This document shows, one piece after another, positions 55,465-64,000 of a stretch of 64,000 nucleotides of DNA; position 1 is the first letter of the stretch, and every line of letters starts with the position of its first letter. This DNA is from an uncultured Holophagales bacterium (lineage in GTDB: Bacteria; Acidobacteriota; Thermoanaerobaculia; Multivoradales; UBA5704): the NCBI GenBank assembly GCA_963842525.1, contig CAWJGT010000034.1, positions 416,001 through 480,000 of the forward strand, in the 5' to 3' direction. The notes under the pieces were generated by a model. The model was not told the DNA's origin, made no database searches, and worked only from the letters and a program-made list of their open reading frames with translations. The position numbers and the translations under genes were made by a program.

Positions 55465-58138
55465 GTGGCGCTCAAAGTCTTCCTCTCCAGCACTCGCCAG
55501 GATCTGCGCGCCCATTGCGAGGCGCTGGACCAGACCTTGAAAGCGGCGGCGTATGAGACGATCGCGATGGAGCGATTTGGCGCCCGCCCCGACAAGCCCG
55601 TCGACACGTGCGTGCAGGAAGTAGCCCACGCCGACGTATTTGTCGGCATCTATGCCTGGCGGTACGGCTACATCCCCCCGGGCTCGCCGTTCTCGATCAC
55701 CGAACGGGAGCTGCGCACCGCCGTGGCCCTCGACAAACCCATCCTCTGTTTCCTCGTGGAGAAGGAAGCGGACTGGCCGGACGAGCTCCGGGAACGCGGT
55801 GACGGAGAGCGGAAGATGGCCGCGCTCAGGGGCCGGTTGCAGAGGGACTTCACGCCTAAGTTGTTCACCACGAAGGAAGATCTCCCCCTCCAGGTCCTCA
55901 TCGCTCTCAACCATTGGAGGGATTCCGACGCCGCTCTCTCCGAAGAGCGCCGGCGCCTCGTCCAGCTCTGGAAACTGGTTCACCTCTGCTGGATCGAAAA
56001 GGACCTCAACAGGTTGGTTACCCTGGACCGGTGGCTCGAGATCCCGCGCACGGAGCTCGACCTGAACCGGTGGCTCGAGAGCCCGTGCACGGAGCTCCGC
56101 CGGGCGGCCCGGCAGTCCACCCCGGCGGGAATTCCGGAGGCGGTGAAGCCGATGCACGACGTGTTCGATGAGAAGGTCAAACGTCTCCTCATCCTGGGGG
56201 CATCGGGCGCGGGAAAGAGCATCGCCCTGTTGGAGCTAGCCCGGGAAGCTCGGACGCCTGGCGCGGTCGAGCCCAGACGCTCCCATCCCGGTCGTCTTCC
56301 ACCTAGGCTCGTGGAAGGGCAAACCGAGTCTCAAGGAGTGGATGGAACAGGAGCTCGACACGCAGTACGACATCCCCAAGCAGCAGTCCGAAGCGTGGAT
56401 CGCGGCAAATCAGATCCTGCCGCTCCTGGACGGTCTCGACGAGGTGGAAGTCAACTGCCGGTCCGACTGCGTCAAGGCGATCAACACCTGGCTGATGGAG
56501 CGGAAAGAGCGGGTCCCCATAGCGATCTGCTGCAGCCCCCAGGTGTACAGGGAGCTGGAAGTGCGCCCTCGCCTGCGAGACGGCGTCATGATCTGGCCGT
56601 TGCGGCGGACCCAGGTCCAGGAGCATCTCGCCCGTGGCGGCCCCTCGCTGGAGGGGCTCCGGACCGCGATCGCGGAAAAGGCCGAGCTGCGCAAGCTGGC
56701 ACGGTCGCCTTTGCTGCTGAGGCTGCTGGAGAAAACGTGCCGGGACCGGCAGCCCGAGGAAGTCGACGCACGGCACGAGGAGGAGGTGTTCGAGGGTTAT
56801 GTCAAGCACGCGCTGGAGACGAGGAAAGAAGAGGAGAGGCCGCCGAGCCTCCTCGACCGGACGCTGCCCGGGCGCAAGTATCGCAGGAAGCGCACCGACC
56901 GCGAGCCGGACCGGGACCGGCGCTACCCGGAGAAGCGGACCCGGAACAGCCTGGCATGGCTGGCGGCGAAGATGGCTCATCACCCGCTCCTCCGAGTCGA
57001 GCGCCTCCAGCCCGACTGGCTCGACCGGCCCGGCGAAGTGTGGGCCTACGCTCTCTCGTCCCGCTCCCTCGGCGGTGCCCTCCTCGCCTTTCCCGTGGCC
57101 TGGATCTACCTCTCTCCGGCCCTGCTTCTCTTCGGCTGGCTGGCCGGCCTCTTCGCCGGCTGTCTCGATGCCCTGTGGATGCAGCGCCCGGCCGGATCGC
57201 GCGGTCTGCGACAGGCTGTTGGTGCGCACGAGCAGGTGGCGCGGTACCAGGACGCTCGCCGAAGGTGGCGGCGGATCTTTCTACGGCCCCTGGCACGTGG
57301 GATCGTCGTGTCGGCCGGAACTTTCTTCCTGCTCCTGCTCGCCGGCCCGCTTTGGCGGCTCCTGTTCTCCAGCGGGGTTGCGCCAGCCTACGAGCTTGAA
57401 AACCGCTTCCGCACCGGGCTGCTTTTCGCGCCCCTGTTCGGACTGGTCTTCGGGCTCCGCGGCGCCCACCGTGACAAGGGCCTCGACGTGCGTATCCGCG
57501 AGAGGCTTGCGTGGCGGAGATGGTCCTGGCGGGCTGCCCGCCTTGCGACGGTCTGGAGCGCGGCCGGCGGGATCGGCCTGTCCGCTGTCGCAGCCCTGGA
57601 TCCAAGTCTTTCCGACCTCCGAATCTCGCTCTTGCCGATCCCCATCCTGGCTGTGTCAGTGGTCGGTGGACTGGTCGGTGGGATCGTGGGTGGCTGGGGG
57701 GGAAAGCCTCTTGAGGAGAGGATCTGGCCGAACCAGGGAACCTGGCGGACCCTCGGCAACGCCGGTGTGGTAGCGCTCTGCGTCTCGCTCGCGACGATCT
57801 TCGCGTTGGCGTCATTCAACGTGATCACTCTGGGTGTTCAGGTTTCCGATGGGACGCGCACCTGGGAGCTGCTCGGGAGGGATCTCTGGAGTGCTGCAAA
57901 AGCAGGCCTGGCCCTGGGCTTCTGGGCAGGCCTCTGGTTCAGCGGCCTGGACTTCGTGCAGCACTTCACCCTACGGGCAATCCTGCGCCTGTGGCGGCGA
58001 GTGCCGGCCGGGCTGATCGACTTTCTCGATCATGCCACGGAACGCGGCCTGCTCCAGCGTCCTGGCGGCAGCTACAAGTTCCGCCACGCGCAGTTGAAAG
58101 ATTGGTTCGCGAAGAGCTACAAGCCTCCCACTTCATAG
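55465..58138 (+). CDS. DUF4062-NACHT NTPase with C-terminal TM region (NLR-like); frameshift near 56244
   Basis: KVFLSST..DL, ADVFVGIYAWRYG, SITERE (DUF4062); Walker A LLILGASGAGKS; removing one G gives PIPVVFHLGSW; Walker B LLDGLDEV; SPLLL; several TM helices; QHFTLR...FLDHA...LLQRPGGSYKFRH. Confidence 0.85.
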
Positions 58139-58536
58139 ACCGATCCCATCCCGAACCTGCAACCCTTTGAGACGTTGTCCGTATACAAGGCCGCAGGCAC
58201 ATTCCGCAGGTCTCCTTTGTTGATTCGCTGACTGGCTCGCACATCAGCCCCTCGCCATCCGGGATTTCGGACAGTCGCGGTGGTTCCGGGCCTCAAGCCC
58301 GCTCGGTAGAGCCGCGCGGTGAGAAAGGATTTCTCCATGCAGACCCATCTTCCAGAGACCCTCTCCTCCCGACGGGAGTCTTCGACAAGCACCTCGGCAT
58401 GTTCGCCTTCCCCCGCGGCGCGCATCTGACCGAACGGACCAGCTCGCTCGGGGAGTGGCCCGACCGGCGCTCACAGGTCGGCCAGAGCGCCGGCGCGTTG
58501 AAGGCCAGAGGGTTTCCTGTTGGGCGTGGCGGGGGC

Positions 58537-58650
58537 CCCTGGGACCGCGGGCGTCCCGCCCGCACGGACTTTCATCGACCGCGGCGTTGCCGCCAACCCA
58601 ATGCAGGCCCGAGCGTATGGAGGGCGGGCGGGACGCCCGCGGTCCCAGGG
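58537..58650. repeat. 27-bp perfect inverted repeat pair (REP doublet-like)
   Basis: CCCTGGGACCGCGGGCGTCCCGCCCGC (58537-58563) and its reverse complement (58624-58650). Confidence 0.85.
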
Positions 58651-58696
58651 AAAAACGGCTTGAGGGTGTTGCGCTGGCCCAGCGCCGCTGACAAAG

Positions 58697-59002
58697 CTAA
58701 AGGATCGGAACGAGCTCCGAGTCGATGATCCGGCTGTCCTGGGTGAGGAGAGTCGCCCCGAGCACCCGGGGGGAGGCCTCCCAGGCTTCAGCCGGAAGCA
58801 CAGGCTCAAGGATGTCCCCCAGGATCTCGACCGTCCCATGGAGGGATTCCTGTGGATACTTCCCCTTCCCCGCCGCGGGCGGAACGAGGCGAGCCACTGG
58901 CCGGCCCCGCTTGAGGATCGTCACCGGCTCACCCGTCTGCTCGACCTCGTCGAGGATCGCCAGGCACTTCGCCTTGAACTCGGAAGCCCGAATCGATCGC
59001 AT
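58697..59002 (-). CDS. Phd/YefM antitoxin fused to the C-terminal remnant of a PIN toxin
   Basis: ASEFKAKCLAILDEV...ILKRGRPVARLVP, followed by RVLGATLLTQDSRI (VapC-like tail). Confidence 0.8.
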   Translation of the reverse strand: MRSIRASEFKAKCLAILDEVEQTGEPVTILKRGRPVARLVPPAAGKGKYPQESLHGTVEILGDILEPVLPAEAWEASPRVLGATLLTQDSRIIDSELVPIL

Positions 59003-59061
59003 GTGACCACATTAAGTGACCAGTTCGGAGGTGTCAAGCCGGCTGTACCTCCACCGCCTGA

Positions 59062-59373
59062 TCAGCCCCGGATCAGCAAGGCGGGAAGGGCCAGGAAGAA
59101 GAGCAGATAGACCACGAAGAGGCCGCGCATCGCGCCGCAGAGGCGTGCGACCTGCCGGTCTTCCATGAAGCGATCCCGCCGGCGCAGGAGGAACCCGAGC
59201 AGGGCGAGCTCGCCCTGCATCCCCTGCCGCACGGCGAGAGGAGCCGGCCGGCCCAGAGTGTCATAGAGGAGGGGATGCCGCTGGCTGAGGCTCCTGCAGA
59301 GCCGCGCCGCCAGCAGGCTCCAGGCCAGGACCGAGACCCAATAGACCGCGAACAGGACAGGGAACGAAACCAC
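59062..59373 (-). CDS. Small two-TM membrane protein, UspB-like
   Basis: Two hydrophobic helices flanking L..RHPLLY..L and D..VARLC..MR..F, resembling universal stress protein B. Confidence 0.6.
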   Translation of the reverse strand: MVSFPVLFAVYWVSVLAWSLLAARLCRSLSQRHPLLYDTLGRPAPLAVRQGMQGELALLGFLLRRRDRFMEDRQVARLCGAMRGLFVVYLLFFLALPALLIRG

Positions 59374-59456
59374 ACGTCACCCCCCGAGCTCTCCTCAACC
59401 TGCCGTTGAGAGGAATGTAAACATCAGGATACACAGCTCCACGCACAGGTCAAGCC

Positions 59457-59901
59457 CCGGGACCGGCAGGAGTCACTACAGGACCATCGACGCTCACTGC
59501 GGTGGCTCCCAGTGGTCCCGCCGGACCGGCAGGAGCCACCACGGGACCATGGACGCTCACTGCGGTGGCTCCCAGTGGTCCCGCGGCACCGGCAGGAGCC
59601 ACCACAGGACCATGGACGCTCACCGCGGTGGCTCCCAGCGGTCCCGCCGGACCGGCAGGAGCCACCACGGGACCATGGACGCTCACTGCGGTGGCTCCCA
59701 GTGGTCCCGCGGCACCGGCAGGAGCCACCACAGGACCATGGACGCTCACCGCGGTGGCTCCCAGCGGTCCCGCCGGACCGGCAGGAGCCACCACAGGACC
59801 ATGGACGCTCACTGCGGTGGCTCCCAGTGGTCCCGCGGCACCGGCAGGAGCCACCACGGGACCATCGACGCTCACTGCGGTGGCTCGCAGTGGTCCCGCG
59901 G
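59457..59901. repeat. Seven tandem 63-bp repeats
   Basis: Unit GGACCGGCAGGAGCCACCACGGGACCATGGACGCTCACTGCGGTGGCTCCCAGTGGTCCCGCG starting at 59460, 59523, 59586, 59649, 59712, 59775, 59838; no spacers. Confidence 0.95.
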
Positions 59902-59920
59902 CGTGCAGCCTCCCTGCCCC

Positions 59921-59948
59921 CAGATCCTTCGCTACGCTCAGGATGACA
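59921..59948. repeat. REP-like half element
   Basis: CAGATCCTTCGCTACGCTCAGGATGACA resembles a common intergenic palindromic repeat family (reads VILSVAKDL on the minus strand). Confidence 0.6.
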
Positions 59949-60052
59949 CGACGGGCCCTCCTGAGATCCTCCCTAGAGAGGATGTACACCACATTTCCAG
60001 GCCGCTACTCTATGACCGCCGGTCCACACCTCTTGGCAAGGAGAACCCCATC

Positions 60053-60522
60053 GTGAAAACAAAGCTCGGTTACGCCCTGCTCTTCGTCTGCCTGCTCGGC
60101 GGCTCGTCCGCCTCCCTGCTCGCCCGCGGCTTCTCGGGGAATTGCTCCGGAACCTATCTGATGGATGAAGCGGGCGGTGCGACGTCTCTCTGGACGCTGG
60201 AGGCGGACGGGACCTTTTTCGCCACCAGCTCGCTCCAAGCGCTTCTGAAGTTCTCCGACCAGCAGGGAAGCTGGAAGAAGCACGGCAACAATGGAGGGCG
60301 TGGTCCTCGCCCTCGTGTTCGAACGAGAACGACGAGCTGCTCAACGTCAGCCGTGTGGACATCTCCCTGCACACGGTGGGCGGAGGATGCGACAACGTCG
60401 CCGGCTCGCTGGAGGTGCGCGAGTTCACCGGCGGTGAAGATCCGCTCGATCCCAGCACCGATACCGGAGATCCCATCGCCACCGACACCGTCACCGGCCG
60501 CCGCGTGAAGGCGCACGGGTAG
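60053..60522 (+). CDS. Small secreted hypothetical protein; frameshift(s) near 60300-60325
   Basis: RBS AAGGAG, GTG 60053, signal peptide; continues in another frame as ENDELLNVSRVDISL...TVTGRRVKAHG*. Confidence 0.65.
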
Positions 60523-60627
60523 GCACCTTGCAGCTATTTGAGTAAACTCCGGACAGTTTTGGCAGTCCCGGAAGACTCCCACCGCCATGGGCATCTACGG
60601 TGGCGCGTGCGGCAATGCGAGGGAAGC

Positions 60628-61275
60628 GTGGAGAATCCCATCCGAGTCCTGGTTGTCGACGATCATTTTGTCGTTCGTAAGGGTGTCTGTGCCCTGCTGG
60701 GAGGCGCCTCCGATATCACGGTGGTCGGCGAGGCGGGAGACGGGCTGCAGGCGGTGGACGAGGCGAGCCGCTGCGCTCCCCAGGTGGTCCTCATGGATCT
60801 GAAGCTTCCCGGGCTTGACGGGGTTGAAGCGACCCGGAGGATCCTCGCCGCGCAGCCGGCGGTCGGCATCGTGGTCCTGACCGGCACGGACGTGGAGGAG
60901 GAAGTCCTGACGGCGATCTCGGCGGGGGCTGTAGGCTATCTGGCCAAGTCCTCGCGGCGCGAGGACTTCCTCGCGGCCATCCGCCAGGTCTCCCGGGGCG
61001 AGGCCTGGCTGCCTCCACGGCTCACCCGCAATCTGCTGGCCTACCTCAAGCCGCGGCCAGCTACGAAAGCCTCGCTCACCGACCGGGAGAGGGAGGTGCT
61101 CGTCCTGCTGGCGCGCGGCTGGAGCAACCGGACCATCGCCCGGGAGCTCTCGATCGCCGAGGTGACGGTCCGCACGCATATGAGCCACATCCTGGACAAG
61201 CTCGGCGTGAGCAACCGGGTGGAGGCGGCCCTCCACGCGCAGCGGTCGGGGCTGGCGCAGCCGGAGCCCCCTTGA
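60628..61275 (+). CDS. NarL/LuxR-family response regulator
   Basis: IRVLVVDDHFVV, LMDLKLPGLDG, LTDREREVL...VTVRTHMSHILDKL. Confidence 0.92.
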   Translation: MENPIRVLVVDDHFVVRKGVCALLGGASDITVVGEAGDGLQAVDEASRCAPQVVLMDLKLPGLDGVEATRRILAAQPAVGIVVLTGTDVEEEVLTAISAGAVGYLAKSSRREDFLAAIRQVSRGEAWLPPRLTRNLLAYLKPRPATKASLTDREREVLVLLARGWSNRTIARELSIAEVTVRTHMSHILDKLGVSNRVEAALHAQRSGLAQPEPP

Positions 61276-63063
61276 GCCGGCTCGAGAGGTGGCTTGCTCC
61301 GCTGGCTCCAGACGACGCGAGCGAGCAGCGGATCCCGCAGCTCGAGCGCCTGGGGCTCGTCAACGCCGGGATCTTCCTGGCAGGGCTCGTCGCTTTTGTC
61401 CTCTCCTTTCCGTTGACCCCGTCGCCCTTGCGCCTCGCCGCGCTCTCCGTCCTCGCGGCGAGCACCGGCATCGGCCTGTGGCTGCGGCGCCGCTTCTGGA
61501 TCGCTCTCGGCCACGAGTTGCGCAGGCGCAAGCAGGCGGAGCAGGAGGCGCGTGACGCGGATCGCGCCAAGGGGCAATTCCTCTCGCATGTAAGCCACGA
61601 GATCCGCAATCCGATGAACGGCGTGCTCGGCATGGCCGAGCTTCTCCTCACCGGCGAGCTGACGCCCGACCAGCGCGAGCAGGTGGAGGTGATCGGGCGA
61701 TCCGCCGCCGCGCTCCTCGCCCTGGTCAACGACGTCCTCGACCTCTCCCGGATCGAAGCCAGGCATCTGCTGCTCCGCCCGCGCGATTTCTCGTTCCGGG
61801 AGATGGTCGAGGACGTCTTGCGGCTCCTCGCGCCGCACGCAGCGAAACGGGAGGTCGAGCTGCGCCTGCACATCGACCCCGCGTTGCCGGACAACCTCCA
61901 TGGCGATCCGGAGCGCCTGCGCCAGGTCTTTCTGAACCTGGTGAGCAACGGCCTCCGGTTCACCCGCAAGGGCTCCGTGACGGTGACGGTGGAGCCTCTG
62001 GAAACGATTGTGCCGGTGATCCGCTGCGAGGTGCGCGACTCCGGCGTGGGCATCCGCCCGGAGGTGCAGAAGCGGATCTTCCAACCGTTCGCTCAGGGGC
62101 AGAGCTCCGGCTCGCACGGGTTCGGAGGCACCGGCCTGGGGCTGGTCATCTCCAAGAACATCGTCGAGCTGATGGGAGGGGAGATCGGATTCCACAGCAC
62201 GCACGGGGAGGGCTCGACCTTCTGGTTCCGGGTGCCCCTGGTGCCGGCGCGCGGCGACGGCCCGCAGACCGCGGACGCGGACGGTGACGAAGAGGCGCGG
62301 CGGCGGCTGGCGCGGCACGAGCGGCGGATCCTGGTCGTGGACGACCGCTCGGCCAACCAATTGGTCGCCCTGTCCCTGCTCCGGAAGCTCGGGTACACCG
62401 CCGAGGCGGTGGAGAGCGGCGAGGAGGCTCTGATCCTCCTGGCGACCAGGCCTTGCGCCGCCGTTCTCCTGGATCTCGAGCTGCCCGGCCTCGACGGCCT
62501 CGAGACCTGCCGCCGGTTGCGCCGTCTGGAGGCGGCCGCCGGGGGGACACCGAGAGCACCGAGGACGCCGCGGACCCCGGTCATCGCTCTCTCCGCCCAC
62601 AGGTCGGACGAGGAGAGGGAGAAGTGCTTTGCGGCCGGCATGGACGGCTTCCTGCCCAAGCCCTTCCGCACGGACGATCTCGCCGCCGTCCTCGACCGCT
62701 GGACGGAGATCGAGGCGTCCGAACCCGCCGCCGAATCTCTCGACGAGCGCCTCGAGGGCCTGAAGGCTCTGACCGGAGAGGCTCTCCTGGCCGAGGTGGT
62801 GGAGGCATTTCTCCGGCAGGGAGAGGCGGATCTGGCGGCCATGCAGCGCGCGCTCCTGCAAGGGGATGGCGAGACGCTTGCCGCGGCGGCCCATGCGCTC
62901 TCCGGAAGCTCCGCCATCCTCGGCGCCGCGGATCTGGCCCGGTGCGCTGGCGACCTCGCGCGGCTGGCACGCCAGGGAGAAGCTCGCCGCCTGCACGCAG
63001 CGGCTGCCCGAGGTAGAGGAAGAAGTCCGGGCGGTCGCCCGGAAGCTCGCGCCAGGGGCATAG
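61272..63063 (+). CDS. Hybrid sensor histidine kinase (HisKA-HATPase-REC-Hpt); frameshift near 62980
   Basis: Two TM helices; SHEIRNPMNG, NLVSNG, DSGVGI, GGTGLGL; ILVVDD..LLDLELP..KP receiver; AAHALSGSS Hpt; removing one A gives a terminus at 63063. Confidence 0.9.
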
Positions 63064-63505
63064 GCGCTAACCCGGAAACTCGCGGCGCGAGATCGTGGTG
63101 AACCGGTCGCGGTCCGCCGTGATCTGCCGCGAGATCACGATGGAACGGCGGTCCCGCCTCATCAAAACGTTGAGAGAAAAATCATCCTTTTGTCGGACGA
63201 CAGCCGGGAGAGCTTTCTCTAGGATGAGGTCTCGCAGATCCGTAATCAATGGCGAGCGGCTGGCCAGCGGACGCAGGATGCCCGGCCATGAGCCGGCACC
63301 GCGAGCCGAGAGGGGGTCTGGCGAGAAACACCCAACCAACCTCTGTGGGAGACAAAGCATGAAACGCGGCACCGACACGGCCATCGAAAAGCGGTACGCG
63401 CGGCCGGGGAGCGTTGGCCGTTTTCTCACCGCGCAACCAGCCTGCAACATCTCGCCGGGCTCTCGTTTCGAGGGCCCGGTTTCAGAACGTCACAAGGAGA
63501 TTCCA

Positions 63506-64000
63506 ATGTATGCTTTGTTCCTCTTCCGAGCCCGGAAAGCCTTCCTCCTCGCGGTGGTGCTCGCCGCTGTGCTCGTTCTCGCGGGCCCGCCGGCCTGGGC
63601 GCACGACGAAACCCCCGGCGCGATCGAAGCTTTTCTGCACGGCCTGCTGGACGACGGCGCCATCACGGAGGCACAGCACGAGAAAATCGACAGGCTCCAC
63701 GCGGACGGCCACCTGAAGAGGCTCAACGGCTGGTTGTACGCTCAGGAGAAGGCCGGGAAGCTCTCGCGAGACACGCGTCTCTACATCAAGGCGCTCTTCG
63801 ACCTCGGCGTTCCCAAGGTGTCCGCGGCGGCGGCGGCGGCGGACTACACCGGCAACGGCAACGTCACGAAGTTGAGCCAGCTCGATTCCCAGCCGCCGAG
63901 CCCTTATTACGGCGACAGCTCCTCGACCGGCACGCTCTACAACGGCATCTGGGGCTACGCGGCCGGCACGCGGGAATACGCTCTCCAGTGCAACAGCTTC
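63506..64000 (+). CDS. Secreted protein, possibly choice-of-anchor B/LVIVD family (3' partial)
   Basis: RBS AAGGAG, ATG 63506, signal peptide ending PAWA; NVTKLSQLD...YNGIWGYAAGTREYAL; frame open to the window end. Confidence 0.6.
   Translation, partial: MYALFLFRARKAFLLAVVLAAVLVLAGPPAWAHDETPGAIEAFLHGLLDDGAITEAQHEKIDRLHADGHLKRLNGWLYAQEKAGKLSRDTRLYIKALFDLGVPKVSAAAAAADYTGNGNVTKLSQLDSQPPSPYYGDSSSTGTLYNGIWGYAAGTREYALQCNSF

Noticed and set aside
59457-59901. CRISPR array
   Set aside because: The units are contiguous 63-bp near-identical repeats with no unique spacers, and no cas genes are in the window.
63070-63500. Riboswitch or ncRNA in the long leader before 63506
   Set aside because: I could not match any riboswitch consensus by eye; an Rfam/Infernal scan is needed.

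Overview
High-GC bacterial chromosomal window with no rRNA, tRNA, CRISPR array or transposase visible. Gene content (TPR-CHAT protease, IPTL-CTERM protein, carboxypeptidase-regulatory repeat protein, Oar-like TonB-dependent receptor) suggests Acidobacteriota/Thermoanaerobaculia; this is an inference. About 14 single-base frameshifts, several in short homopolymers, suggest long-read consensus errors. Main blocks: (1) 1-13.1 kb: Ser/Thr kinase-CHASE2 receptor, a secreted PDZ-TPR-CHAT caspase-like protease, an array of small secreted proteins with three copies of a paired palindromic enhancer (GTCTCA-N4-TGAGAC; two copies followed by a sigma54 -24/-12 site, one followed by a hidden gene remnant), a large repeat protein and a convergent GAF-sigma54 activator. 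This is the best candidate for an undescribed system. (2) 13.9-29.2 kb: NarL-type two-component system, Pal, L,D-transpeptidase, SLC12-like transporter and a mannosylglycerate operon (GH38-mpgS-mpgP-SLC13). (3) 29.4-35 kb: GEVED/IPTL-CTERM surface protein and a TonB-dependent receptor. (4) 35-48.7 kb: housekeeping genes (EamA, asnS, rnc, mutL, ppdK, ABC1 kinase, hemD) with two PIN toxin-antitoxin pairs and REP-like elements, one of which separates a methyltransferase from its probable start codon. (5) 48.7-58.1 kb: TPR/beta-barrel-FecR-FG-GAP operon divergent from a DUF4062-NACHT-membrane NLR-like gene. (6) 58.5-64 kb: collapsed toxin-antitoxin locus, a 7x63-bp tandem repeat, a second two-component system and a partial secreted protein.
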